Positions 23,777 through 36,450 of a stretch of 64,000 nt of DNA are shown piece after piece. Numbering within the stretch: the stretch's first letter is position 1; every line of letters starts with the position of its first letter. Source of the DNA: Squalus acanthias (lineage: Eukaryota); contig CM059432.1 of the NCBI GenBank assembly GCA_030390025.1, forward strand, positions 11,532,001 through 11,596,000, read 5' to 3'. The position numbers and the translations under genes are program-made. The notes below the pieces were generated by a model. That model made no database searches. It was not told the DNA's origin and saw only the letters and a list, made by a program, of their open reading frames with translations.

Positions 23777-23999
23777 ACACCAATCATAAAATCTAAGGCC
23801 GTGGCCTCCACCTGGTGACTCCTGAGTTTAATACAGTTAAGATCTGGAACTCACTGTGTGGGGAACCAATGGATTTGGTTTGTCCTAATATAACTTTCAA
23901 GATTGAAACATTCTCTCCCACACGATCATATGTCTCCATAACCACAACTCGTAGGGTTTACATACATAGGATTACATGTAAACCCTGCAAGTTGCAGTT

Positions 24000-24460
24000 T
24001 CAGAGTGCTGGCAAGGCGAGCTTTGAAGTAAGCAAGTCTGGAGGTGACAAAGGCAGCAGGGCTGGAGGAGGTTACAGAGATGGGGAAGGGATGAGGTCAA
24101 GAAGGGATTTGAACTCGAGGATGAGAATTTGGAGGGGTTGGGGGGACCGGACACCAGGGTAGGTCGAAGAGCACAGGAGTGATGGATGAGTGGGACTTAC
24201 TGCTGGTAAGGATACGGGTGGCAAAGTTTTGGATGAGTTGAAGTTTATGGTGGGTGCCAGATGTGAAGCCGGCCGGCAGAACATTGGAATAGTTGAGTCT
24301 GGAGGTAACAAAAGCATGGACGAGGAATTTTACAGCGTTGTCTTTCAAGAGTAGAAACGGTCTGTGTTGTGGAAATAGGTGGTCTTTGTGATAGACAGGA
24401 TATGGGGTCGGATGCTCAGCTCGGGGTCAAATAGGATGCTGAGGGTGCGAATAGTCCAGC
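24000..24460 (-). mobile_element. L2 LINE fragment
   Basis: LVHAFVTSRLNYSN...KLQLIQNFATRIL...SITPVL motif. Confidence 0.82.
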
Positions 24461-24539
24461 TTCAGTGAAAGTGATTTCTGTATATGGACACTCAAATCCC
24501 TTTGCTCCTCCACAGTTCCTAGTCTCTCACTATGAAGCA

Positions 24540-25200
24540 AATGGAATGGACGGGCAGACAGGTGGCAGATGCAGTTAAATGTGCATAAGTGTGAAGTAAT
24601 ACATTATTAGAGGAAAAAACAAGAATGAGAATATACACTTAATGGAAAGACACAAAAGGTTGTTGATGAGCAAAGAGACATAGGTGTTCAAAATCATAAT
24701 TTCCTGAAAGTGTGCGTGCAGGTAGATAAAGGCATAAAAAGGCCAATAAAATTTTGGGTTTTATAAATAGGGGCATAGAGTGCAAGAGCCAAAGTTTAAT
24801 GATGAATTTGTACAAAAGATTAAGCCACAGTTAAATTATTGTTTATAGGTTTGGAAACCCCATTGTGGAAAAGACATTAAGGTCATAGATTCACCAGGAT
24901 GATGTGAGGGATGAGAAACTGTAGTTATGAGGAGAGACTCGAGACACTGGGACTATTTCCACTGGCGCAGAGAAGGCTGATGTTTTAAAATTATGAAGAG
25001 TTTTGATAGAGTGACTAAGGAAAGACTGTCTCTCTGGTTGGGGAGTCAGTGATGAGGGCCCATCAGTATAAAATTATCACGAAGAGAGGTGAGGAGAAAT
25101 TTCTTTACATGGAAGTTTGTTGGCACGTGGGATGCTTTTTCATAGGGAGTGGTTGGAGCAGAGGCCATTGCTTATTTTATGGGAAAATTGCATAATATTG
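24540..25200 (+). mobile_element. Old degenerate CR1 fragment
   Basis: Decayed KCEVIH / RGIEYK / RRNFFT motifs. Confidence 0.7.
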
Positions 25201-26077
25201 GTTAGTTGTGTAATCTATTATTGGTTATGTGGTGGCATTGCGTTGCAAATATATTGCTAAGGAAACTAGTTATTTAAAAAATAATAATCATGCGTCTGGG
25301 ATGTGTTAAAGGCTGCAGCAACACATTTGGGGTTGATTGAGTCTGTAAACTGTTCAAACTTGACTCTCACAGTTTGTTCTCATCAAACCCCTCAATTGTG
25401 TTCTGACTTTCGACACATTCCCAGCCTTCCTTTCCTCATAATAGAATAACGTGAAAGATTTTGCTAATGGAACTCAGCCATTCAGACCTGGAAGATGCCA
25501 AGGTCGATCCCTGGTCTGTGCTGAATTAGCAGGAATCACTACAGCGCATCAGGGGTGGGCACTGAGGCCTCAAGGGCAGGAGCACTAAAGCCAGCTGTAG
25601 GGCACTTGGAGATGTCCTGTCTGAGATCACCTAACCCAGCCCATCACTGGGCTTTCAACCCGGGAGCTTCATGGTCTATACATCTCCGTTTCACACTGGG
25701 TAATCCCTTGACCCACTGAGGTATTCAAGGTGCTACGGTGAATTCATTTAATTCTTGTACAATGTGGTAGGTAGGCACCAGCAAGAAAGCTTGGGTTTAA
25801 TATAATATGGACAATGTTTGCTCCCTGCTGCCCCTAGACCACCCCCTCTTCAGCCTGTCACGAGTCAACATGTGATGGCAGCCTGGTGATAACTCTTCCT
25901 CTGATATTCCTTACACTTCTCAGGAGAGTTTTGACCTTTCACTTAATGCCTTTTGCACAGCAGTGTAGCTGAGATAGGGAACGTGACAGAGTAGGAGCAT
26001 CAAATCCACATCCCTCCTGACTATGGCCACTAATGTTCTTCTCCAATAGGTTGCTCTACTGTGCAGTTGAAGAATAC

Positions 26078-26845
26078 TTTACATAGTATTTACTGCACAG
26101 AAACAGGCCGTTCGGCCCAACAGGTCCATGCCGGTGTTTATGCTCCACACATGCCTCCTCCTCAAACCCTTCTTCATCTAATCCTATTAACATACCCTTC
26201 TATTCCTTTCTCCCTCATGTTTTTATCTAGCTTCCCCTTAAATGCATCTGTGCTATTCGCCTCAACCACTCCCTGTGGTAGCGAGTTCCACATTCTCACC
26301 ACTCTCTGGGCAAAGAAGTTTCTCCTGAATTCCCTATTGGATTTATTTGTGATTATCTTATATTTATAGCCCCTAGTTCTGCAACTAGAAACATCTCTAC
26401 GTCTACCCTATCAAACTCTTTCATAACCTTAATGATCTCTATCAGGTCACCCCTCAGTCTTCTCTTTTCTAGAGAAAAGAGCCCCAGCCTGTTCAATCAT
26501 TCCTGATAGAGAAAACCTCTCCGTTCGGATATTATTCTGGTAATTTTTTTTGCACCTTCTCCAGTGCCTCTATATCTGTGCACAGTACTCCAAGTGTGGT
26601 CTAACCAAGGTTCTATACAAGTTTAACATAACTTCTCTGCTTTTCAATTCTATCCCTCTAGAAATGAGCCCCAGTAGTTTGTTTGCTTTTTTTCTGGCCT
26701 TATTAACCTGCGTCACTACTTTTAGTGATTTGTGTATCTGTACCCCGGATCCCTTTGTTCCTCTAACTCATTTAGACACTTATTTTCCAAGAACTATGTG
26801 GCCTCCTTGTTCTTCCTACCAAAATGCACACTTACCTACACTTTT
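26078..26845 (-). mobile_element. CR1 LINE 3' part
   Basis: Antisense RT C-terminus and 3' UTR. Confidence 0.83.
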
Positions 26846-27197
26846 GAAGAATGCTTTTATAGTGCCAGTCCACTCCCTTAGTCGATAATCAATACTTTCA
26901 TTCATAACTAATCTTCTATCGATAATTTAAAACGTCATATTTGGCACTCATTTCTTGCTCATCACGCTTCAAATATCACATTTAAATTCCTATATCATAC
27001 TTCAAAACAGTATAAAGAAGCAGAACAACTCTCTGGTGCCAGAATGTCTGCAGCCTCTATATTAACTTGCCCAATGTTTAATAATCAGCTGTCAAACTTT
27101 GTAGCTTTAAACAAGCACATACCTACATTTTTAACAGAAGAATGATACATTTTGTTTTACGTTATGTAACATTTCAGTCCGAATAAAGCCGTGAATC

Positions 27198-27322
27198 CTC
27201 TGAAATAAAACCAGAAAATGCTGGACACACTCAACATGTCCAGCAGCATCTGTCTCAATAGAGAGAGAGAGAGAGAAAAAAACAGAGTTAAAGTTTCAGG
27301 TCAATGACCTTTCATCAGCAAT
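27198..27322 (-). mobile_element. Penelope-like family B fragment with partly decayed hammerhead (27286-27322)
   Basis: Minus strand CTGATGA-A-AGGTC-ATT-GACCT-GAAA; stem I and helix III are degraded. Confidence 0.7.
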
Positions 27323-27743
27323 CTGCATCCTCTAACTTGCTGTGAGCAATGTCACAGGATATCTGCTCGTACATGCATGTATAAAAGTCATCCGTCCATC
27401 TAAATTCAGATGTCACATTTCAAAGTGGTTACCAAATAAATGGAGTCATTTTGTGCTGTTTTTGCCTCTTGATAAAGAAAGAACTTGCATTTCTATAGCG
27501 CCTTTCTCGACCTCCGGCCGTCCCAAAGCGCTTTTCAGCCACCTAAGTGCTATTGCAGTGTCGTCGCTGTTGTCATGGTGATAACCTGGTGTCCCTGCAG
27601 GGCAGGGGTGGGGCAGGAATCCCAGGAAGCTTCCAATCTACAGAAATGTCCTTCAGCGACTGCCCTCCAATTGATCTCAGGATGTCTTTATTTAAACAAC
27701 TTTCACACATGGAGTTCCTGAACAAAGGCCTTAAAGGGACAGG

Positions 27744-28113
27744 ATGTGGAGATGCCGGCGTTGGACTGGGGTGGACAAAAATGAGAAGTCGCACAACACC
27801 AGGTTATAATCCAACAGATTTATTTAATTTTACAAGCTTTCGGAGCTGTCGCTCCTTCCTCAGGTAAGTTAGCAGTGAGAGAATCTCCCAGAATTCACAA
27901 TTTAAACACAGACAAAATCTATTCAAATATTTCCCTACATCAAAGACACACTAAGAGCACAGCCAAGACAATGAGATGTGTCCCAAGGAAATTGTGAATT
28001 CTGGGAGATTCTCTCACTGCTAACTTACCTGAGGAAGGAGCGACAGCTCCGAAAGCTTGTAAAATTAAATAAATCTGTTGGACTATAACCTGGTGTTGTG
28101 CGACTTCTCATTT
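27744..28113. mobile_element. Palindromic Penelope-like family A element: 127-bp inverted arms around an 85-bp spacer
   Basis: Arms 27777-27903 and 27989-28115, with one mismatch seen. 13-bp TSD ttaaagggacagg / ttaaagagacagg (27731-27743 / 28114-28126). Confidence 0.85.
28025..28062 (+). ncRNA. Minimal type I hammerhead ribozyme motif, sense to the SPIRE1 pre-mRNA (mirror copy on minus at 27830-27867)
   Basis: TTAC-CTGAGGA-A-GGAGC-GACA-GCTCC-GAAA-GC-T-T-GTAA. Stem I TTAC/GTAA covaries with TCAC/GTGA in other copies. Confidence 0.75.
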
Positions 28114-28540
28114 TTAAAGAGACAGGCCAGCCTCCTCAGCATCAAAACCAGGCTCCAGAATTCAAACTACCTGTGAGCAGTGACACAGGGAGATTAGCTA
28201 GTATTTAAAATCAACGCACTAAATGTGTCTTTTGTTTAAGGAGAGTGGTCTGCCACCTGTACGGAAAATCAGCCTGTCTGAAAGGTTGGAAATCCAGTGA
28301 CGCCTCTTACCACTGTATCTGTTTTGTGGCGATTTTTAGAATTCTAAATCCCCACATCATCGCTGTGCAATGAATCTCATTTTCTGTCCTACTTAAACCA
28401 GTCTGTCATCGTAATGTTTTTGAATCTAGGTTAGACCATCTGAGCCGGCCACAGCTAAAGCAAATGCAAGCTGATAGAGAGAGCCCGTGTTCCCATCCAG
28501 CCTTGCTGACTCTGCACGACCAGTGGAACTAGACAATAAT

Positions 28541-29279
28541 GGCCCGTATTTTCTGATCCCTACGGGTGTGTACAAGCTGTGTACACACCCGTAGGGACCT
28601 CGTAAGTGCTGGTTTCACTGAAAACCGGTATTTCTGATCTGTCAAGAATTCTCTTGACAGATCGCACGCCTGCCCGGGAGAAGGGCCTCTGCGGGGGGAG
28701 AGTTCCGCTTTCTGCAGAACCTCCGCCCGCAGAAAACCCTGAAAAATCTTACGCCTGGTAAAAGCAGGCAGAAGACCTGCTTTTACCAGCATAAGAGTTT
28801 AAAAAAGTAAAAAACATTTTTTTTCACTCATTTATAATTTTAAAATAGCTTTTTTAAAAAAGGTAACTTTATTTTTAGCCCCGTAAAAAACTTTAATTTT
28901 TTTTCAAAAATTAAATTTTGAATTTAATGTAATTTTAACTCATGTTAAAAACGTGATTTAAAAAAAATGTATTTAATGTTTTGATGTGTTTTTTCAGTGA
29001 TCTCCATTCATACTTTTGACGGGTCTAAGCTGAGAGACCTGTCAAAAAAGTGTGAAGGGGGATTCCCTTCTTTCATTGGTTCGCCATGGCCCACGTGATC
29101 CCAGGGACGCTTGCGAACCGCCTGCGCCCCTGGGATACCTGGGCCTCTGCGCATTTCGTAGAGCAGAGGCCCAGGAGCGGAAATGTCCGGACCTCCAGAG
29201 CCCTCGGGTAAGGGCGTAGATTTTTTTCCAGATCGGAGGCCTCCGCACGCAGGAAGCCTCCCATCGGAAAATACGGGCC
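28541..29279. mobile_element. Harbinger-like MITE (~740 bp), copy 1
   Basis: TIR ggcccgtattttc / gaaaatacgggcc, AT-rich centre, GC-rich subtermini. An inverted sister copy lies at 51546-52315. Confidence 0.85.
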
Positions 29280-29504
29280 AAAGATTTTGATTCCCAGCTG
29301 AGTCAAAGACCCTCATCTGCCCCCGCCCCCCGCCCAGTCTGGAGTGTGGTTCATAGGATCTTGGTTGGTTTACAAGGTGAGGTAAATTGATTATAATGGA
29401 ATCTTGTACTTCAGATGGGTGGTTGGGGGGGAGGGGGCGGGGGTGAAGGTGGCGGGAAGAAGGGAACAATTGATTCAATCGGCTGAGTTCATTACTGGCG
29501 TATC

Positions 29505-30826
29505 TCGTATTACATAGAGTGTATGGCACAGAAACAGGCCATTCGGCCCCACAGGTATGTGCCGGCGTTTATGCTCCACACGAGCCTCCTCCCGCCCTCC
29601 TCTTCATCTAGCTGCCCCTTAAATGCAGCTGTGCTATTCATCCCAACTTCTCCCTGTGGTAGCGCATTCCACATTCCCACCACTCTCTGGGTAAAGAGGT
29701 TTCTCCTGAATTCATTGACCAATGACCACCCCAGTGGTCGGAGAGCAAGCTGCTGCTCAGCTGCCTTGACCTCCTCCCTGACGTAGACTATACGTTGGAT
29801 GAGTGCCCCCTCTGAGGATTATAAAAAGCATAGAAATCTTAGTAATGAGATCATTAACACATTATGTAGGTATGAAATTCTTAGAGGGCTTGACAGGGTA
29901 GATGCTGAGAGGCTGTTTCCCCTGGCTGGAGAGTCACAAACCAGGGGTCACAGTCTCGGGATAAGGGGTCAGCCATTTAGGACTGAGATGAGGAGAAATT
30001 TCTTCACTCAGAGGGTGGTAAATCTTTGGTATTCTCTCCCCCAGAGGGCTGTGGATGCTCAGTCGTTGAGTATACTCAAGGCTGAGAGCGATAGATTTTT
30101 GGACACTAAGGGAATCAAGGGATAGGGCGTGAAGGTGGAGTTGAGGTAGAAGATCAGCCATGCTCTTATTCAATGTCGGAGCAGACTCGAGGGGCCGTAT
30201 AGCCTATTCCTGCTCCTAATTCTTATGTTCTTATGTGAATTGCTCTGGTATTTTAACTAATCCTTTAACCCAATGGTCCCTGTTGCATAATATTTCAGTA
30301 GTTGATTTGGGTCGACTCTTTTTCTAATTTTGAGCATCTCGCCCACGCGCTGTTTGCCTGCCTCGCAGCGCTGCTCATGAACCATGTGTTATAAGAAGGC
30401 TTGAGTGACCGACTCTTCCTTGTGGTTTTTGCTGCCTGCTGTTTAGAAACATAGAAAAATAGGAGCAGGAGTAGGCCATTCGGCCCTTCGAGCCTGCTCC
30501 GCCATTCAATATGATCATGGCTGATCCTCTATCTCAATACCATATTCCCGCTCTCTCCCCAGAGACGCCTTTTGTGTCTAGAAATCTATCTATCTCCTTC
30601 TTAAATATACTCAACGACTGAGCCTCCACAGCCCTCTGTGGTAGAGAATCCCACAGGTTCCCCACCCTCTGAGTGAAGAAATTTCTCCTCATCTCCGTCC
30701 TAAATGTCCTTCCCCGTATCCTGAGACTGTGACCCCTCATTCTAGACCCCCCTACCCAGCCAGGGGAAACATCCTACCTGCATCCAGTCTGTCTAGCCCT
30801 GTCAGAATTTTATACGTTTCAATGCG
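29505..30826. mobile_element. CR1 3' fragments (minus 29510-29716, plus 29868-30236, minus 30443-30826)
   Basis: FFTQRVV motifs and CR1 3' UTR hairpins. Confidence 0.82.
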
Positions 30827-31639
30827 ATTTATACGTTTGGAATATTTATGGGCTGGTTTCTGTGGTATTTCACTTCCTGCCCGCCACATGACGGCACGGG
30901 CAAAAAACAGGAACTCACCATGTGGGCAATTGTCACACTGCTCTCCTGACATAACTTAGACCGACACACTGAGTTGCGATCAAGCGTGCGGCACTGCCGC
31001 TGGGTGACTGGGTTGTACGGGATCCTTCTGTGTAGATATAGGAAATAATTTGGATAATGGACTAGAGGGAACGTTTTATGCAGTTGTTAATTAGAGTCCC
31101 TTACAAAATGTGTGTGATTAATATAAGCATTCCATTTGGTAGCTCAGTTGATTAGATTTAATATAATTTCCTCTTATAATTGCGCTATTCTGCAGATGAA
31201 TCTACAGGTGTGGCTCGCAATTTCAAGCACCATAGAGAGCTCTTTCACAATATACAGAACTCAAAACCTATTATCATACATGCCAACCATTTAATTATTC
31301 AGCATCATTGCTTAGTGTCGCCTTTTAAAGACGCCCTTTAAGGTTGCAGTAGGAGCTGTGTACATAGAGAGGAGGCAGGATGTCTCCCCAGTGATTGAGT
31401 AAGAGACTCTTTGGCTTGTGTGAACGACTGCTCATGAGTTCCGCTTCATTCACTCTTATGAAAGAACTGCTATAATTCCCCACTCTGTTTCTTCAGGAGC
31501 AAGAGAACCCATTTCACTGAGTCACATTGATAGGAGATTAAATAGGTGGAGCGGAGTAGATACAGACTGCTGAATGAGCAGGCTCCAGGGGCGAAATGTC
31601 CTTTTCCCATTCCAAAGTTTCTTCTATTCTTGCACTTGC

Positions 31640-33820
31640 AAACTATCCATCCTTGACCCCTCTGCCCATGCGCACTACTACCCAATCTCCATTTCCTTTC
31701 CAAAGTCCTTGAATGTGTTGTCAACTCCCAAATCCGAGCCCATCTTTCCTGCAGTTCCATATTTGAATCTCTCCAATCAGGTTTCTGCCCCTGCCACAGC
31801 AACAAAATGGCCCTAACCAAAGTCACAAATGACATCCTCTGTGACTATGACCATGGTGCATTAGCCCTTCTCAACCTCTCTGCAGCCTTTGACATGGTCA
31901 ACTATACCCTCCTCCTCCCAACAGCTCCCTTCCAATGTCCAGCTCAGTAGGACTATCCTCGCTTGGTTCTACTTTTACTAGAGTATCTCCGGCAATGGCT
32001 TCCCTTCCCACCCCCGCCCATTATCTCTGGAGTTCCCCCCCAAGGATCTTGGCCTCCTCCTCTTCCTCATCTACATGCTGCCACTTGGCGACATCATCTG
32101 TGGACACAGGGGGTCAGCGTCTACATCTATGCTGATGAAACCCAGCTATACCGCTCCACAATCTCTTTCGATCCCTCCACTGCCTTTATATTTTGAGACT
32201 GTTTATCTGACATCCAGTCTTGTCTGAGCCACAATTCCTTCAACTAAATATTAGCGAGACCAAAGCCATCGTCTTTGGCCCCCAGCACAAACTCCGTATC
32301 CTTACTACTTCCAACTCCGTAACATCGCCCGTCTCCGCCCCTGCCTCAGCTCATCCGCTGCTGAAACCCTCATCCATGCCTTTTGTTAACTCTAGACTTG
32401 ACTATTCCAACGCACTCCTGACTGGCCTCCCACATTCCACCCTACGTAAACTTGAGGTCATCCAAAACTGGGCTGCCCGTGTCCTAACTCGCACCAAGTC
32501 CCGTTCACCCATCACCCCTGTGCTCGCTGACCTACATTGGCTCCCGGTTAAGCAGCGCCTCGATTTCAAAATTCTCATCCTTGTTTTCAAATCCCTCCAT
32601 GGCCTCGGCCCTTCCTATCTCTGTAATCTCCTCCAGCCCCCCCCCCCCCCCCCCCCCCCCCCCCCGAGATATCTGCGCTCCTCTAATTCTGCCCTCTTGA
32701 GCATCTCTGATTATAATCGCTCAACCTTTGGTGGCCGTGCCTTCTGTTGCCTAGGTCCTAAGCTCTGGAATTCCCTGCCTAAACCTCTCCGCCTCTCTAC
32801 CTCTCTTTCCTCCTTTAAGACGCTCCTTAAAACCTACCTCTTTGACCAAGCTTTTGGTCACCTGCCCTAATTTATCCTTATGTGGCTCGGTGTCGAATAT
32901 GTTGTCTTAAAATACTCCTGTGAAGCGCCTTGGGACGTTTTACTACATTAAAGGCGCTATATAAATACAAGCTGTTGTTGTTACCACCGATTCCAACCCC
33001 CTCCCTAGCCACTGTCTCAAGCTGACCAGAATGTTCGCAATCTCGGCGCCCTATTCGACCCTGAGCTGATCATTTTTTTAAATCCATTCACGGGACGTCG
33101 CTGGCAAGGCCAGCATTTATTGCCCGTCCCTAACTGCCCTTGAGAAGGTGGTGGTGAGCCGCTCCTATATCCTCTCCACCGCCAAGGCTGCCTGTTTCCA
33201 CCCCCCCCCCCCCCCCGGAACATCGTCCGCCTCTGCCCCTCAGCTGCTGAAGCTCACCCGTGCCTTTCTCCCATCCAGACTCGACTATTCCAACGCTCTC
33301 TTGGCCGGCCTCCCATTGTCGACCCTCCTGTAAACTTCAGCACCTCCAACACTCTGCGAGCCGTATCCTATCCAGCACCAAGTCCCGCTCACCCGTTAGT
33401 CCTGTCCTCCGCTGATCTACTTTGGTTCCCAGTCCCCCTAATGCCTCAGATTTAACATTCTCACACTTGTGCTTACATTCCAACAGGACCTTGCTTTACC
33501 CTATCTCTGTAATCTCCTCCTGCCCTGCAAACTCTCCATGCCTCTGACTCGGGCCTCTTGGGCGGCCATGCCTTCAGCTGCCTAGGTCCAACAGTTTGAC
33601 ATTCTTTCCATAAATCCCTCTGCCTCTCCACCTCCCCGCTGCTCCTTTTCAGACCCTCTTTAAAGCCCATCTCTTCAGCCAAGCTTTTGGTTACCTTTCC
33701 TACTATCTCCTTCTTTGGCTGACATTCATTTTTTTCCTTAAGCCTTACTGAAGTGCCTTGGAGGGGCGTTTCCTTTTGATAAAGGCACTATATAAATGCA
33801 AGATGTTGTTGTTGTTGTGT
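31640..33820 (+). mobile_element. L2 LINE, old copy with a younger L2 3' end (~32305-32983) nested
   Basis: GVPPQGS, YADETQLY, LQLNISETKAIVF, SRLDYSNALL, ITPVLADLHWLPV and FKTLLKTYLF motifs; two (ttg)n tails. Confidence 0.87.
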
Positions 33821-34032
33821 TGAGTCTCTTCGCCGGGAGCAAGCGGAAGTCAAGCGCAAGGAGCGCACGTCAACCCAAGCACCCCACCCACCCGCCCCTT
33901 CAACCACCGTCTGCCCCACCTGTGACAGAGACTGTAGGTCCCGCATTGGACTCATCAGTCACCTGAGAACTCATTTTTAATGTGGAAGCAAGTCATCCTC
34001 GGTTCCGAGGGACTGCCTAAGAAGAAGATGAT
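33821..34032 (+). mobile_element. RTE-clade LINE 3' end
   Basis: CPTCDRDCRSRIGLISHLRTH C-terminus and (gaa)n tail; same family as 61212-63018. Confidence 0.85.
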
Positions 34033-34251
34033 TTTAAGAAGAAGTGATTTGATTCCGAAGTAACTGGTGTGATTGACATTGGCTTGACTGATGTGAGCAA
34101 GGATCGTACAATAGATTTCTTTGGGTGCAACACTGAACTCTGTTGTTTTGTTGCTTGCAATGAAAGCTGTGCCTTGTAGCATTACTGCAATGTCTTGATA
34201 AAAATCTATTATTGTAAAATTATCTTGTTTAACTTTATTTTTCTTTTCTAG

Positions 34252-34286
34252 ATAAAGGGGAAGCGATCCGGTGCACCGAACCAGAG
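34252..34286 (+). CDS. SPIRE1: SPIRE1 coding exon 2 (35-nt small exon, (D)KGEAIRCTEPE)
   Basis: Strong acceptor tttattttcttttctag| and donor GAG|gtaagc. Phase 1 in, phase 0 out, in frame with exon 1. Length and C-x-E-x-E ending match my recollection of mammalian SPIRE1 exon 2 (GKLGYSQCMETE). Confidence 0.85.
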
Positions 34287-34549
34287 GTAAGCATTTGCTG
34301 AAGTGCTCAAAGGCTTACTGATTATCCTGTGCAGGAGGATCTACTGACAATTTTCTCCTTTTTCCTCCTTCTCCCCTTTTCCTTTCCTAACTTGATTAAA
34401 TCTAAACTCCAACTCTTACTCTGTAGATCTGCTTGCAGATTTTTAAATCCATTACAAAGGGCTGAGACTTCTTTCCCCATGTCAGAAGGAAATGGAAAAA
34501 TTGGGGTTAATTTTGAATTTGGTTGATCGTGTAAATCAGCCGCCCGTTA

Positions 34550-36066
34550 TAAATAGGAACAGGAGTGGGCTATTCAGCCCCTCGAACCTGTTTCGCCATT
34601 CAACGAGATCATGGCTGATCTGTATCCTAACTCCATTTACCTGCATTGGCTCTATATCCCTTGGTCTCCTTACCTAAGGAAGGACATACTTGCCATAGAG
34701 GGAGTGCAACGCAGGTTCACCAGACTGATTCCTGGGATGGGGGGATTGTCTTATGAGGAGAGATTGAGTAGACTAGGCCTATATTCTCGAGAGTTTAGAA
34801 GAATGAGAGGTGATCTCATTGAAACATACAAAATTCTTACAGGGCTTGACAGGGTAGATGCAGGGAGGATGTTTCTTTCCCCTGGCTGGAGAGTCTAGAA
34901 CCAGGGGGTCACAGTTTCAGAATAAGGGGTCGGCCATTTAGGACTGAGATGAGGAGAAATTTCTTCACTCAGAGGGTGGTGAATCTTTGGAATTATCTAC
35001 CCCATAGGGCTGTGGAGGCTCAGTCATTGAGTATATTCAAGACAGAGATCGATAGATTTTTGATTATTAAGGGAATCAAGGGATATGGGGATAGTTCAGG
35101 AAAGTGGCGATGAGGTAGAATATCAGCCATGATCTTATTAAATGGCGGAGTAGGCTCAAAGGGCCAAATGGCCTACTCCTGCTCCTATTTCTTATGTTCT
35201 TATACCCTTTGCTAGCAAAAAACTATCGCTCTCAGATTTAAAATTATTAATTGAGCTGGCATCTACTGTTTTGTGTGGGAGAGAGTTCCACACATCTACC
35301 ACCCTTTGCGTGAAGAAGTGTTTCCTAACTTCTCGCCTGAATGGCCTGGCTCTGATTTTAAGGTTATGTCCCCTTGTCCTAGACGCCCCCCTCGCGCCCC
35401 CCCCCCCCCACCAAGGGAAAAGTTTCTCTCTATATCTATACCTACCTTTTTCCATTCAAATGGTGTTACCAATTCCTTTCAAAATCCTAAAAAACTCAAA
35501 TCAAATCACCCCTTAACCTTCTATATTCCAGGGAATATTAGCCTAGTTTATGTAATCACTCCTCATAATCTAACCCTTGGGTCCCTGGTAACATTCTGGT
35601 CAATCTGCGTTGCACTCCTTCCAAGGCCAATATATCTTTTCTAAGGTGCGGTGCCCAGAACTGTACACTGTGCTCCAGATGTGGTCTAACCAGGGCTTTG
35701 TATAGCTGGAGCAAAACTTCCTCTCCTTTATATTCTAGCCCTCTAGTTATAAAGGCTAACATTCCATTAGCCTTTTGTTGATTATGTTTTGTATTTGACT
35801 GCTACATTTTTGTGATCTTTGTACACGGACCTTTGAGTCTCTTTGGACCTCCACTATTCCTAGCTTTTCACCATTTAAATAATGCTCGGACCTATATTTT
35901 TTGGTCCAGAATGGATGACCTCCCATTCGCCTGTGGTGAAATCATCTGCCACAGTTTTGCCCACTCAATTAATCTATCAATGTCTCTTTGTAATTTTATG
36001 CTCCCGTCTAAACTGCTTGCAATGCCACTAATCTTTGTGTCTTCGGCAAACTTGGATATATGGCTC
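34550..36066. mobile_element. Minus CR1 (34550-34660, 35200-36066) split by a plus CR1 (34660-35200)
   Basis: RT C-terminal ORFs on both strands; the host resumes after the insert tail. Confidence 0.85.
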
Positions 36067-36450
36067 TCTTGATTTTCCATTTCCAGTTGTTCGCTTGCTT
36101 GATTTACGCCAGTTGTTTTTCTTTTTTTGAAGACGTTAAACCAAACTTCCTTGATTACTACTCCGCTACTCTCGGAAATATTTGGGCCATTGTTATGTGG
36201 TGCCTGCTGGCTTTTGTTGGACAAAAAAGAAACAAGGGTCTGGGAGCTTCAATTCACAGCCTTGACTAACATTCCAATGCAGCTGCCCTTTTAGTTTGGT
36301 TGGATTTTTACCAGATCTTGGCTGGGCTCCTGAATGGTTTACTGTGTAGCAGCAGAGTGCTTAATCTGTGGGAACGGTAAAGAAAAACGTGTGTTTGTGC
36401 TACCAGAACTCAGTCTGATGTCCAAGCCATGTAAAAGGTGACGGTCTTGT

